This document shows positions 1-9,921 of a DNA stretch of 64,000 bases, piece after piece. This DNA comes from Pseudomonas phage vB_PaeM_RyC23_M4LORT. Every line of letters starts with the position of its first letter. Position 1 is the stretch's first letter. A program made the position numbers and the translations under genes. A model generated the notes under the pieces. The model saw only the letters and a program-made list of their open reading frames with translations. It was not told the origin of the DNA and searched no databases. The stretch lies in sequence record PP781973.1. One strand, written 5' to 3'.

Positions 1-126
1 GTCGGCCTTCGACCCCAGCGCCGTCGCGACGATAGCGCCCACGGCGGCGCCTGCAGGCCCACCCAGGAGCGACCCAAGAGCCGGGGCAGCCGCGCCGATC
101 TTACTACCTATGTCCTTCCAGTCCAT
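1..126 (-). CDS. Partial CDS (N-terminus only); Gly/Ala-rich glycine-zipper small membrane protein. Start at 126, continues beyond the window start.
   Basis: Reverse complement reads MDWKDIGSKIGAAAPALGSLLGGPAGAAVGAIVATALGSKAD... with a GAGGAG Shine-Dalgarno 8 nt upstream; GxxxG-type repeats. Confidence 0.4.
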   Translation of the reverse strand, partial: MDWKDIGSKIGAAAPALGSLLGGPAGAAVGAIVATALGSKAD

Positions 127-141
127 TTTCGACTCCTCAGA

Positions 142-168
142 AGAAAGGCGCCATTACAGCGCCTTTCT
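142..168 (-). terminator. Rho-independent terminator-like hairpin downstream of the gene 183-1079
   Basis: AGAAAGGCGC-CATTACA-GCGCCTTTCT perfect 10-bp stem, followed on the minus strand by a U-rich CUUCU stretch. Confidence 0.4.
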
Positions 169-182
169 CCGGCCGGTGATTT

Positions 183-1079
183 TTAGAACTCTTCGGCTTC
201 GGTCGCATCGCCGACGCCACCGGCGTCACTGCGAGGCTGTTCCTGCTTGCTGTAATCCACCTTCACCTCGCCGCCGACGAACGACTTGTACAGGTCGGCC
301 GCAGCCTTGAAGTGATCCGGGTTCTTCACCAGGCCTTCCAGCTCGAACTGGACGCCGGACCAGCTCCCCTTGTCGTTCGACATGCCTACGGTGGTCATAC
401 GGACCAGGTTGGCGAAAGTCGGCGGGGTGCGCAGGCCCTGCGGGGTCTGAACCTTTTTCTGGGACAGCGCGGTCATGAGCTTCTTCGAGGCCTTGATCTG
501 CGAAGACGACAGGGAGATCAGAGCCTGGCCGAAATCGCCGGTGTCCGGATCGATGACGATGACGTAATGACCACGGGTGTCGGCGAAGTAGTCAGACTTC
601 TTGTCGCTGACCGAACCGTCTTCGTTCGGCGCGTACAGGCGTCCTTCGACTTCCTTCACCTTGGTCGGGTCTTTCATCATTTCCTTGAAGTCTTCGACGC
701 TGATGGCGCCCTTGAAACCGCCCTCGGCCTCGCGACCGGCCCAGCGGATGAACTCGCGGCGGTACGCGGCCGGAATGATCAGCAGGCCGGTCTTGCCGTC
801 GTAAACCTTGCCGGTGACGGTGTTCAGGAACATGCCGGCCTTCGCGCCTTCGATGTACTTCGGGTCATCTTCATCGACCTGGGGAGACATCTTCTGCAAA
901 ACCTGGATGAAGGGGATGGCATAGGACTCGGCATCGGCGCCTTCGAAGCCTGCGCCGTCATACGATCCCAAATCCATGAAGTCGGGAACTTCGGTAGTCG
1001 CGACGGCGCCGCCGGTGGCAACTGCTACGGCCTTGGTTTCTTCGGTTGCTTCGGAAGTTTCGGTTTTCTTACCAGCCAT
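183..1079 (-). CDS. Hypothetical replication/recombination-module protein, possibly ssDNA-binding (DUF669-like?), 298 aa
   Basis: Long ORF with a Shine-Dalgarno site; sits in a SNF2 / VRR-NUC / Gp157 neighbourhood; no Walker motifs. Confidence 0.55.
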   Translation of the reverse strand: MAGKKTETSEATEETKAVAVATGGAVATTEVPDFMDLGSYDGAGFEGADAESYAIPFIQVLQKMSPQVDEDDPKYIEGAKAGMFLNTVTGKVYDGKTGLLIIPAAYRREFIRWAGREAEGGFKGAISVEDFKEMMKDPTKVKEVEGRLYAPNEDGSVSDKKSDYFADTRGHYVIVIDPDTGDFGQALISLSSSQIKASKKLMTALSQKKVQTPQGLRTPPTFANLVRMTTVGMSNDKGSWSGVQFELEGLVKNPDHFKAAADLYKSFVGGEVKVDYSKQEQPRSDAGGVGDATEAEEF

Positions 1080-1119
1080 GTTAGGCTCCTTGTTTGTCGA
1101 ATTTCAGTTATCGCTAACT

Positions 1120-1156
1120 GTGGGTTTATAATAACGGAAGTTGCAACTAAGTAAAG
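1120..1156 (-). promoter_or_regulatory. Sigma70-like promoter on the minus strand (TTTACT -35, TATTAT -10) upstream of gene 183-1079
   Basis: Shares the GCTTTACT -35 motif with the early-promoter family described in the findings. Confidence 0.4.
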
Positions 1157-1167
1157 CAAATTACATA

Positions 1168-1800
1168 TCAAGATTTGCTCTTTTTCACCTTCGGTTTCGT
1201 GATCTTGGCCTCTTTGTATTCGTGTACGCCGATGAAATCTGGCAGCTCTTCGCCCTTCTCCAGGTACTCGCGACCGAACGCCTGGAGGGTCTGGTAATGG
1301 ACATCGCGGTTGATGGTGGCGTCATAGCCGGCTTCGATGATGGCCTCGGCCGCCTTCTTCGCATCTTCCATTTCGCCGCGACCGAATTCGGCCAGAACCT
1401 TTGTCTTGATGATGCCATCGTTGTCGGTATCTTCCAGCCACTTCCAGAACTTCGGTTTGTTCTCTTCCTTGACGGAAATGATGGCCTTCGGCTCTACTTT
1501 TACCGTGCGACCGTCCGCCAGAGTAGTGGTCTTCTGACCAAGCTCCTCCAACAGCTCCGGAATGGTGTTGCGCTTGAGGGTTTTCAGCTCCTCTTCCTTT
1601 TCGGCCAGCGCCTTTTGAAGATCGAGGATTTCGACGTCCAGCTGCGAAGCCTTGTCCACCAGGTTCAGCAGTCGATGGCCGATGTCGGTGGCTTCGACCG
1701 CCATTTCATCCATGACGCCAAAATAGTCGATTTCGCCCGGTGCGTTCTCTTTCAGGTATTCCGGGATTTCAAGCTCTTGCTCTTTCATGTCCGCCTCCAA
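1168..1800 (-). CDS. Gp157-like (Sipho_Gp157 family) coiled-coil protein
   Basis: 210 aa, Glu/Lys-rich coiled coil, sits next to an SNF2 helicase as is typical for Gp157. Confidence 0.45.
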   Translation of the reverse strand: MEADMKEQELEIPEYLKENAPGEIDYFGVMDEMAVEATDIGHRLLNLVDKASQLDVEILDLQKALAEKEEELKTLKRNTIPELLEELGQKTTTLADGRTVKVEPKAIISVKEENKPKFWKWLEDTDNDGIIKTKVLAEFGRGEMEDAKKAAEAIIEAGYDATINRDVHYQTLQAFGREYLEKGEELPDFIGVHEYKEAKITKPKVKKSKS

Positions 1801-1882
1801 CTTAGTGATGTTCCCTTACTTGAACTAAGTATTGAGTAGATATTATGCCGCATCTTCCTTGATACGGCTACTGATTTACATA

Positions 1883-3442
1883 TTAAATTTCGTCGCGAGT
1901 GCTAACGTCAGCCTCAAACACTCCATCAACGACATAACTTGCCAGGTTGCGCTTCCACTCCAAGCTGACCTGGATTTTCTCGTCGATGGAATCCAGACAG
2001 ATCAGGTCGAAGTACAAAACCGAGTTGACGGTGCCGATTCGGTGATTTCGGTCTTCGGACTGCATCCGCAACTCGTTGTCTTCGTCGGTCGTGTAGTAAA
2101 TGGCCACGTCTGCGGCGGTGAGCGTGATCCCGATCCCTGCTGCGGCCGGGTTGCCCAGGAACACCTGGACGCGCTTGGCCTGGAAATCGTCGATCAATTT
2201 TTCCCGCTCGGCCTCTTTGGTCTCGCCGTAGTATGTGCCAAACGAAATTCCTTGGGCCTCCAGATACGCCTTGATCTGGTCGATTTCCTGAATGCGCATG
2301 GCCCAGATGATGATGGAGCGCTCCGGGTCTTCCTCCAGCAGACCCTCCAGAAGATCAGTAAACACGGCGAATCGCGGGTTGTCTTCGGGCGGCAGGATCA
2401 CCGGCTCGCCATAGACGTTGATATAGCCGGATGCAACTTGCTTGAGCTTCGAACGCGCTGCCGCAGCATCGAAAGATACGTCCAGCATGAAGTCTTCGTT
2501 CTTGAGAACGAAGTGGTAGTCTTCTTCCACGCGCTGGTAAACTTTTCGTTGCTCCGGCGACATTTCGAAGTATATGCGCTTGTACACCTTGTCCGGCAGG
2601 AATGGGAGTGCTTCCTTCTTCGTGACCCGGAAACTGTGCGGCTCGATCAGGGACCGCAGCTTGTCCAGGTTCCGGAATACCGGGCGCCCACGCTCGTCTT
2701 TTTCGACCAGTTGCGGCGGCATGGTTTGCTTCCCTTCCAGCTTGCGCATGATAGCGATCATTCGAGGATCGTCACTGGGAACCAAAACGGAAAATTCGGC
2801 CACGAACGCCCGATAGGATTTAGTCCCCAGAATTCCATTCCGCAAGAATTGGAACTGCATGAACAAATCGGTCGGTGCCCGCGTCAGAGGAGTTCCGGAA
2901 AGGATGCGACGGGCCACGGCCTTCTCACCCAGCTTTACGATCTTTTTCGCACGCTTGGCTTGTGGGTTTTTGATCCTCGTTGACTCGTCCACAATTGCGC
3001 AAACTTTGAATGTATCAAGGAATCGCTCGACCTCATCATAGCCAGCCTGGTGGTTGATTGCGTCAACGTTTATGGCGAAGACGCGAAGAACTTTTTCATC
3101 TGCGAACGTCTCGGCATACAGACGATCCAAGCGCGCTCTGGCCTTTTTGGAAGTCGGTCGGCCGCGCCAATCCACGCTCAAAGTCTTGATCGCGACGTGG
3201 GTGGGAATCTCGCGCAGAATCCAGTTGGTGTGGACGCCTTTGGGGGCGACGATGAGCAGCGCGTCCACGCGCCCCTGTAGGAAGAGGCGAACGGCATCGG
3301 CCAAAGTCGTCCAAGTCTTCCCGGTGCCCTGCTCCATCAGGTATGCGAAATTCCGTTTGTTCAGGGACGCGGCCAGGGCATTGAACTGGTGCTGCATGGC
3401 CTCGGTCTTCATGCCCTTGACGGGATATGTTTTGGCTTTCAT
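1883..3442 (-). CDS. SNF2-family (DEAD/DEAH-box) helicase
   Basis: Motif I LMEQGTGKT, motif II IVDEST, helicase-C motifs (FLGNPAAAGIGITLTAAD); 519 aa. Confidence 0.85.
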   Translation of the reverse strand: MKAKTYPVKGMKTEAMQHQFNALAASLNKRNFAYLMEQGTGKTWTTLADAVRLFLQGRVDALLIVAPKGVHTNWILREIPTHVAIKTLSVDWRGRPTSKKARARLDRLYAETFADEKVLRVFAINVDAINHQAGYDEVERFLDTFKVCAIVDESTRIKNPQAKRAKKIVKLGEKAVARRILSGTPLTRAPTDLFMQFQFLRNGILGTKSYRAFVAEFSVLVPSDDPRMIAIMRKLEGKQTMPPQLVEKDERGRPVFRNLDKLRSLIEPHSFRVTKKEALPFLPDKVYKRIYFEMSPEQRKVYQRVEEDYHFVLKNEDFMLDVSFDAAAARSKLKQVASGYINVYGEPVILPPEDNPRFAVFTDLLEGLLEEDPERSIIIWAMRIQEIDQIKAYLEAQGISFGTYYGETKEAEREKLIDDFQAKRVQVFLGNPAAAGIGITLTAADVAIYYTTDEDNELRMQSEDRNHRIGTVNSVLYFDLICLDSIDEKIQVSLEWKRNLASYVVDGVFEADVSTRDEI

Positions 3443-3849
3443 TTGTTCTCCAAATCGGCGAGGAACTGAACAATGTTATCCAGTCCTTCTGCATAGCTCG
3501 CAACTTCCACCAAGTCGCGGCTGTTAAGCTCGAACAAATCGAGCATGGGATTCAGCAGCAGCCAATCGGTCCCGATCTTGGCCAGGACGAAGCCACGGCC
3601 GCCCCAGCCGATCCGTTCCCGAAGGAAAGGGATTTGCCCAGGCTCGAAACATCTGGCCATTGGGCAGGTGGAGGCGCGTTTCGGCCACTCCTCCAACGCC
3701 TTGAACTCGACCCAGAACTGGACACCTCGACGATTCAGGCAAATCGAATCGGACATACCAGACCGCCGCGTCTCCAGAAAGTCGATCAGGATTCGGCCGA
3801 GTGAGCGTTGCTTAAACGCATTCGCCGCTTTCGTTTCGCGATCATTCAT
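3439..3849 (-). CDS. VRR-NUC-like (PD-(D/E)xK) nuclease
   Basis: 136 aa; VQFWVEFKALEE...Q..FL motif spacing; frequent partner of phage SNF2 helicases; ATGA overlap with neighbouring genes. Confidence 0.45.
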   Translation of the reverse strand: MNDRETKAANAFKQRSLGRILIDFLETRRSGMSDSICLNRRGVQFWVEFKALEEWPKRASTCPMARCFEPGQIPFLRERIGWGGRGFVLAKIGTDWLLLNPMLDLFELNSRDLVEVASYAEGLDNIVQFLADLENK

Positions 3850-6800
3850 CGCCTTCGCCCTCTTTGGAAACTTTCTCTGCTTGCGCTGCCAGCTTTGCTT
3901 TTTCGCGTTCGGTCAAAATCCTCTTGACGGCCTTCACGATGAACATATCGATTCCGCTGAGCTTCCAGCCTTTGATGAGGAACCAAGAGCCTGTCGGCGT
4001 TCCTTCAGCAATCTGCTTTCCGTATTGCAGATATTTTTCAGGCCTAATTCTGAAACGTATCGGCTGATCAACCGAGTCGTCAACACACATGATGTCGAGA
4101 AACTGCGACTGGCCCTTGTACACCGGGTTTTTCCCTTGATCTGCCCTCTTCTTCTGGCGAATCGGTTCGTTCTCATCAGACAGAACTTTTTTCACCATCT
4201 TGACAATGACCAGACCATCATCTCCATCGCGGATATCCCGAATGTTCTGAATGGGGTTTCCGGAAGTTACTCCAACCAGCTCCGGATTGTCATAAGCATG
4301 ACCCCAGAGCGTGTGAGCTTCGTTCAAATCTGCGAATTGAACTTCAGAATTCGACAGACTCGCGGCGACTTTCTCCCAATCCTGAAGCGTCTTCAGGTGG
4401 GTGCCTGCCAGCTCTTTATATTGAGCCTTCAGCTCCTTAAGATCGGCCTTCAACTCCTTCAGATCGGCCTTCAACAGTTTCTCCAGTTCTTTGTCTTGGC
4501 TGATTTTCGCCGAAAGAATCTGGGCTTCCAGAGCTGCTACATCAGCAGCCTTGTCCTCAACATCCTGTGCCGATATCGGGCAATTGGCCAGGGCGATCCT
4601 CGCGGCCTTGACTTCCTCACGAAGACGCAGGAACCGCTCGGCCTTCGCCGGGCCGAAGCCTTTGGCGTTCATGATGCCGCCGATCAGGCGCCCGTCCGCC
4701 ACCACCCAGTTGAGTTCGGAATGCTCCGGGTCCAGGGCCGTATATTCTACGCCTTCTTTGGCCAATTCGCGAAGGATAGACACAGTTTGCTGGTCGTCCT
4801 TCGCCGCCCGAAGGCACGCGGCCGCGTATTCCAGGCGATGATACCGCTTCATGTAGCAAGTCCAGTATGTCACCACGGCATAGCTTACCGAGTGGGAGCG
4901 GTTGAATCCCCAGGCGCCGAATGTCACCATTTCCTGCCAAACTCGGTGAGCGTCTTCCGGGGCGACGCCTATGGTCTTGGCGCCCTCGATGAACAATTCC
5001 CGGCGCTTGTTGAAAAATTCTTCGCCCTTTCGCGCCGACATCGCTTTCCGGATCGCCGACGTTTGTTCCCAGTCGAACTGACCAATGTCCTTAACAATTG
5101 ACATGATCTGTTCTTGGTACAGGAACACGCCATACGTCCCCGACAAATACTGCTCGACCTGCGGAATGGTATAGGTCACAGGCTCGCGGCCGGCCACGCG
5201 CTCGATATACTTGGTTGCCATACCAGAAGACAACGGACCCGGACGGGCGAGCGCCGTGATGTGGTCGATGTTCTCGAACGCGGTGATGTTGATCGCGTTT
5301 GCTACCGAGCGAACGGCCTGCCCTTCGAACTGGAAGATGCCGGACATTTTGTCTTCATTGAGAATGTCCAGAACCGCCTTGTCGTTCAAAGGCAAGTCGT
5401 ACAACTCTTGCGCGGTCACGCAGTTCGCGTCCTGGATGACTCCCAAAGTTCGAAGTCCAAGCGCGTCAATTTTGAGGAGATTCAGATATTCCGAATCGGG
5501 CTTGTCGAGCTGCGCAACGCCTTCGGAAGTCACCGTACAGAAGTCGATGACTTCATCGTTGCAGACCAGGATGCCTGCCGCGTGGACGCCAGAGTGGGAT
5601 GGGTGAATTTCGAGGTCGCCCATGCAGGCGGACGCGATCTCATACTTTTCGCGGAAGTCGCGGCCGGGCTGAGTTTTTTCGAAAGTATCCTCCAATCCTT
5701 TTCCATATCGTTCGTCCGCCGATGTATATTCGATGATCGAGTTTTTGATGTTGTCGGTGTCGTGGAATGGAATGCCGAAGCGTTTTCCGACGTGAGCGAT
5801 AACCGACGCGGCCTTGAGTGTGTTGATGTTACCCAACTTCACAACGTTCCAAGTGCCATACTTCTGCTGGAGATATTCGAACACTAGATAGCGATGGGTA
5901 TCGGCGAAGTCGATATCTATATCGGGAAGATCGGACCGGGAAATGTCGATAAAGCGCTGAAAGAGGAGGCGATGCGGGAGCGGGTCAACCTCTGTAATGC
6001 CAAGGAGATAGCAGACCAAAGAGCCGGCCGAAGAGCCGCGAGCTGGACCGACCAGCATGTGCTTCTTGGCAAACGCGACCAGATCTGCCACGACCAGGAA
6101 GTAGCTGTCGAAATCTTTCAGCTGAATCTGCTTGATCTCTTCTTGGAATCGATCCTCATACTCCTGGGTCCATTCCTTGATGTGGCCGCGACTGAGGCGG
6201 TAGGCTTGCCCCTCGCGAGCCAGAGCGACGATATCACCATCCAAGTGGATCATCGGCGCCTTCGCCAGTTTCACATCCGCCAACCGCTCGACTACCGCAC
6301 GAGTATTGGCTGCGGCAGTATCGAACTCTTCGCGAGTCATGATGTGGCGTAAACGGCTCCACAGCTCCTCTTCGGTGGCGATGTGGCGAAGGCCGACCGA
6401 TTCCCGCACCTTCCAGGCCGACGCGAAATCAGCATGGTCGATGGACGGCATGTCGTTGTAAGAGGTAATTACCACCGGCTTTCCGAATGCCCTGGCCGTC
6501 TCCATAGCGCCGTGCGCGGCGACCATCGACGCGGGATTGATGTCAATGTAGTCGATTCCGGCCAGATCCAGATGGGCATAGGCCTCGCCAGCGAATTTGA
6601 TGACGCCGTCAGCTTCCTGGAATTCTTGCGGAGTCAATCCTTGATTCTGGACCGACTTGGAAGTCAAGCGGTAGAACTTCTTGGTGTCCTTGGCGAGCAC
6701 CCAGGCTTTGAGCTTCAGCTCTTTCTCGCCATCGTCGGCGCATTTGATCGGGATTTCCATGCCGAATCCGCGAGGCAGTTCTGCCTTGGCAGCGGCTTGT

Positions 6801-6952
6801 TCCCAACGGACGTGGCCCCATGTTCCATCATCGACGATGGCGACGAATGGGGATTCGATCTCTTTGGCGCGCTCGATGATCTCCGGGAATCGACCATATG
6901 CGGCGCCGTAGGAGTAACCAGAGCGAACGCGGAGCTGAGGGAAAGACATCAT
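3842..6952 (-). CDS. dnaE: DNA polymerase III alpha subunit (DnaE-type, PHP domain), 1036 aa
   Basis: PHP N-terminus; hallmark LPDIDIDFADTHRYLVFEYLQQKYG; GLLKIDALGL; FNRSHSVSYA finger motif; C-terminal coiled-coil insertion (DLKELKADLKELKAQYKEL). Confidence 0.9.
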   Translation of the reverse strand: MMSFPQLRVRSGYSYGAAYGRFPEIIERAKEIESPFVAIVDDGTWGHVRWEQAAAKAELPRGFGMEIPIKCADDGEKELKLKAWVLAKDTKKFYRLTSKSVQNQGLTPQEFQEADGVIKFAGEAYAHLDLAGIDYIDINPASMVAAHGAMETARAFGKPVVITSYNDMPSIDHADFASAWKVRESVGLRHIATEEELWSRLRHIMTREEFDTAAANTRAVVERLADVKLAKAPMIHLDGDIVALAREGQAYRLSRGHIKEWTQEYEDRFQEEIKQIQLKDFDSYFLVVADLVAFAKKHMLVGPARGSSAGSLVCYLLGITEVDPLPHRLLFQRFIDISRSDLPDIDIDFADTHRYLVFEYLQQKYGTWNVVKLGNINTLKAASVIAHVGKRFGIPFHDTDNIKNSIIEYTSADERYGKGLEDTFEKTQPGRDFREKYEIASACMGDLEIHPSHSGVHAAGILVCNDEVIDFCTVTSEGVAQLDKPDSEYLNLLKIDALGLRTLGVIQDANCVTAQELYDLPLNDKAVLDILNEDKMSGIFQFEGQAVRSVANAINITAFENIDHITALARPGPLSSGMATKYIERVAGREPVTYTIPQVEQYLSGTYGVFLYQEQIMSIVKDIGQFDWEQTSAIRKAMSARKGEEFFNKRRELFIEGAKTIGVAPEDAHRVWQEMVTFGAWGFNRSHSVSYAVVTYWTCYMKRYHRLEYAAACLRAAKDDQQTVSILRELAKEGVEYTALDPEHSELNWVVADGRLIGGIMNAKGFGPAKAERFLRLREEVKAARIALANCPISAQDVEDKAADVAALEAQILSAKISQDKELEKLLKADLKELKADLKELKAQYKELAGTHLKTLQDWEKVAASLSNSEVQFADLNEAHTLWGHAYDNPELVGVTSGNPIQNIRDIRDGDDGLVIVKMVKKVLSDENEPIRQKKRADQGKNPVYKGQSQFLDIMCVDDSVDQPIRFRIRPEKYLQYGKQIAEGTPTGSWFLIKGWKLSGIDMFIVKAVKRILTEREKAKLAAQAEKVSKEGEGDE

Positions 6953-7503
6953 GCGGCCTCCATTGCTTGATACGCCCGATACACTCCCATGCGCTTGCAG
7001 ACTTCGTGGAGCAGCCGCACGTCGTCGAGCGCCCGGTGTTTCTGTACATATGGGCCGCAGTAGTGCTCATAAAGATGTTGCAACCGCATGCGGTGGCCGA
7101 ACAACGGCGCCGACTCTTCCACAGTACAGATATCGAGTGATGGGAAATTGACTTCTTCCAGGCCGAGCTTTCCGCGAGCCAAATCGCAGGTAAGCATGAA
7201 CTTATCGAATGGCAGGTTGTGGGCAATATTCGCGTCGGCTCTGGAAAAGAAGTCGCGAACTTTCTGGCGCTGATCGAGGAAAGATGGGTGCTTGACCAGG
7301 TCTTCGTTCTTCAACCCGGTGATCTTGGTGATGATTTCCTCGATAACGATTCCAGGATTGCAGATGAACTCTACTTCATCCAAAATCTTTTCGCCATCAG
7401 TTATCACGCCGGCGAATTCGATGATTCTCGGCTGCTTTCTCAGACTCACCCTTTGGTGGAACGGGAGTCCTGTGGTCTCAGTATCCCATACAGCGAATAT
7501 CAT
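6949..7503 (-). CDS. dnaQ: DnaQ-like DEDDh 3'-5' exonuclease (Pol III epsilon-like)
   Basis: Exo I FAVWDTETTGL, Exo II IAHNLPFD, Exo III HRALDDVRLL; 4-nt overlap with dnaE. Confidence 0.85.
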   Translation of the reverse strand: MIFAVWDTETTGLPFHQRVSLRKQPRIIEFAGVITDGEKILDEVEFICNPGIVIEEIITKITGLKNEDLVKHPSFLDQRQKVRDFFSRADANIAHNLPFDKFMLTCDLARGKLGLEEVNFPSLDICTVEESAPLFGHRMRLQHLYEHYCGPYVQKHRALDDVRLLHEVCKRMGVYRAYQAMEAA

Positions 7504-7578
7504 GTTTGTTCCCTCTTATGTCGAAAGGCCGGCTGCTTTCGCGACCGGCCTGAGGAGTATATCGCGACGGCTGAAGAT

Positions 7579-8595
7579 TTACGCCTTCTGTCCGTCTTTC
7601 GGCGTGATGCGGCTGGAGCGCATGGTGGCGTGAACAAACGCCGAATAGTTGATCAAGTCCAAGGCCGAATCGGCATCCTTGAACCCGCTATTCGCCAGGC
7701 GAGTGAGTTTGCCCACCATATGCATCACGAACAGGGCGAGCCGATGGTCATCTGCGGTCTTCGCCACCAGGCCGTTCGGGAAGAGGATTTCCATGATCTT
7801 TCCGTACATCAGGTCATTGCGACCATAGGTGCTCTGGCGGGCGCGGAAGACTTCTTCTGCGGCGTACAGATTGTTGAGAACATCTTCCGCGAAATCATCG
7901 GAATGAGCGTCATCTTCGCCAGGCCAGACGGATGCCATGGCGAACGGCGCGGCGTCTTCGGTCGGGTCTTCGGACTGAGCCGTTTCAGCGAGCGGAGACG
8001 GGGCTTTCGCAAACGCCTCGTCGAGGGTAGGGGCGGAGTTCGGGGCGGCCGGGAACGGCTCGCCTGCCATGTCGTTGGGCGCGCTATCGGGGTCGCTATC
8101 GGCCGCGACGGCGAAGAACGGCGCATCGCAACCTTCCAGGTTCAGGATGTAGGAGTCGATCCCCAGGCTATTGTAGGCATCGATGATGTCCTGGCGATCA
8201 TCGAACGCCGCGACGATCTTGGTGACGCCTTCGATTTTCTTCAGGATATCGAGCACAACTGCCCGCTTGAACTGAGGCGCCGGCTCGGTGTTACCATACG
8301 GTCGCATGATGAGTTCATACTCGCGATGTTCGGCGATGCCGAGTTCGCGGTGGAGCTTGGCCCTGGTCTGGAAAAAGTGGTTGTCGGTTCGGCCGGTGAC
8401 GAAGAAAATCATGAGGTCGGCGTCGATGGCATTCCTGATGCGACCTACAGCGTGCGGGTTGAGAGTGTCCTTGTCGAGACGAGAATGATACTCGTCCCAT
8501 TGCCGTTCCAAGGCGAAGCTCTTGCGGTGGCTATCATCGAATACGCAGCCGTCCAGGTCGAAGATGATGATGCCATTCTTTGGTTTGCGTTCCAT
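7579..8595 (-). CDS. HAD-superfamily phosphatase (nucleotidase or polynucleotide 3'-phosphatase-like) with an unknown C-terminal domain
   Basis: Motif I IIFDLDGCVFDD (DxDG), motif II FFVTGR, motif III K...FDDR; acidic Pro/Ala linker, then a helical C-terminal domain. Confidence 0.65.
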   Translation of the reverse strand: MERKPKNGIIIFDLDGCVFDDSHRKSFALERQWDEYHSRLDKDTLNPHAVGRIRNAIDADLMIFFVTGRTDNHFFQTRAKLHRELGIAEHREYELIMRPYGNTEPAPQFKRAVVLDILKKIEGVTKIVAAFDDRQDIIDAYNSLGIDSYILNLEGCDAPFFAVAADSDPDSAPNDMAGEPFPAAPNSAPTLDEAFAKAPSPLAETAQSEDPTEDAAPFAMASVWPGEDDAHSDDFAEDVLNNLYAAEEVFRARQSTYGRNDLMYGKIMEILFPNGLVAKTADDHRLALFVMHMVGKLTRLANSGFKDADSALDLINYSAFVHATMRSSRITPKDGQKA

Positions 8596-8597
8596 AT

Positions 8598-8789
8598 TCA
8601 GATTTCCTTACTGGTTGCTTTCTGGGTGACGGTTTTATCGATGAACGTCCCATCAGAAGTGAGGCGGAAAACTTCGCCATTCTGGATGAAATCGAACGAT
8701 TGCACGTTCATCGTGATGCGAATGGATTCGCTGCCGTTGGTCACTTCGACTTGTGCGATGTCGCCAACTTTCTCGACAATGATCTTCAT
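8598..8789 (-). CDS. Small hypothetical protein (64 aa)
   Basis: Internal start MKIIVEK lies 2 nt after the thyX stop; the longer 139-aa listed ORF overlaps thyX in another frame. Confidence 0.35.
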   Translation of the reverse strand: MKIIVEKVGDIAQVEVTNGSESIRITMNVQSFDFIQNGEVFRLTSDGTFIDKTVTQKATSKEI

Positions 8790-8790
8790 G

Positions 8791-9708
8791 TTACATGGAC
8801 TTCCCATTGACGGCCACAGGGTTGGCCTCTTGTTTTTCCGATCCCCAGAAATCGCGGCGCAGTTCTTCCTGCTCGGCCGAGCGATCCATCCAGGGGCGAT
8901 AGAACTTGCACTGGTAGATAGGTTCCAACGGAACATCAACCACAGGAATCTGGCCGGGCTTCGTCTCCAGAGCTGCCATGAACCGGTCATAGGATTTCTG
9001 CTGGATTTCCTCTTCATTCATCACCTTCGACCCATAGCGCGGGAAGGCGCAGGAGCCGGTGGCGACGCAGTGCGGCTGGAGTAGGCTGTCGAACATCGGA
9101 TAGACTTCCAGAACCAGCCGGCGCATCTCGCGGAACACTTCCTGGTATTCGCCCTGGGTCCGAACGCACAGGCGAACCTTCGCCATGTCGCTGAGAGTCC
9201 GCAGATTGAACTTGGCCGCGATCTTCGTTTCCATGTTGGAAGGGATGATGGCACGAGCGTCCTGGAGCGACGCGCCGGCCTCCAGAAGCTTCTGGTAGCT
9301 GGTTTGCGCGTCGGCAATGGCGTCATGCCACAGGCGGTTCAGCTCTTCGCGGACGTGGTAGGTCGGGTCATGCTCGCCATTGACCGTAGCCGGTTCGTCG
9401 AATTCCCAGCGGAAGGCTTCCGGCTGAACGACGGCGCTGATTTCCAGAGCGCGACTGGTTTCCTGCTGGTAAGCCCCGGTACGAGTCCGAACGAGTTGAT
9501 GGGTGAAGTTCTTGCTGACACCCTCGATCTGGAAAATGAAGTCCACGAACTCGAACGGCGAGCGGATGGTGTCCAGCATGTACTTCCAGTGGTCGAGCTT
9601 TTCGGCCTCGGTCATGGTCGCCGGGTCTTGGCCGCGCATGCGGGTGGACTTCGTTCCCAAGAGCAATTCCCAGGCGTTCTGGGTGTAACTGATCAGAGAA
9701 ATTTTCAT
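8791..9708 (-). CDS. thyX: Flavin-dependent thymidylate synthase ThyX
   Basis: ThyX signature IEGVSKNFTHQLVRTRTGAYQQETSRA (RHR-x7-S-like); 305 aa. Confidence 0.85.
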   Translation of the reverse strand: MKISLISYTQNAWELLLGTKSTRMRGQDPATMTEAEKLDHWKYMLDTIRSPFEFVDFIFQIEGVSKNFTHQLVRTRTGAYQQETSRALEISAVVQPEAFRWEFDEPATVNGEHDPTYHVREELNRLWHDAIADAQTSYQKLLEAGASLQDARAIIPSNMETKIAAKFNLRTLSDMAKVRLCVRTQGEYQEVFREMRRLVLEVYPMFDSLLQPHCVATGSCAFPRYGSKVMNEEEIQQKSYDRFMAALETKPGQIPVVDVPLEPIYQCKFYRPWMDRSAEQEELRRDFWGSEKQEANPVAVNGKSM

Positions 9709-9914
9709 CAGAAATCTTCCGGAATTGGCGTGAAGTGGAATTTTTTGGTTAGAGCCAGGGCCAGGCCTTGGGCTTGCTCTTTACGAAGGCCATACTGCTC
9801 TATCTCTTCCTTGAGCAGTTCGCAGGCATCCAGACGCGACTCATACTCTTCAGCCTCCTGAACGGATGAGAAAACGGTTCCATCAGAGGTTCGGTACACA
9901 AGTTCAATCGACAT
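9708..9914 (-). CDS. Small hypothetical protein
   Basis: Preferred start MSIELVY with a GAGG Shine-Dalgarno site, 7 nt after the upstream gene's stop. Confidence 0.4.
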   Translation of the reverse strand: MSIELVYRTSDGTVFSSVQEAEEYESRLDACELLKEEIEQYGLRKEQAQGLALALTKKFHFTPIPEDF

Positions 9915-9921
9915 GATGACC

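Noticed and set aside
312-1154. 280-aa plus-strand ORF antisense to gene 183-1079
   Set aside because: Antisense to a gene that has a promoter, Shine-Dalgarno site and terminator in the minus orientation; composition typical of a high-GC antisense frame.
4405-4500. 21-bp tandem DNA repeats (CTTCAGCTCCTTAAGATCGGC-like) as an independent regulatory element
   Set aside because: They lie within dnaE and simply encode the DLKELKA coiled-coil heptads; noted under the DnaE finding instead.
7219-9084. 621-aa plus-strand ORF overlapping the dnaQ, HAD phosphatase and thyX genes
   Set aside because: Antisense to three motif-supported genes; a GC-rich frame artefact.
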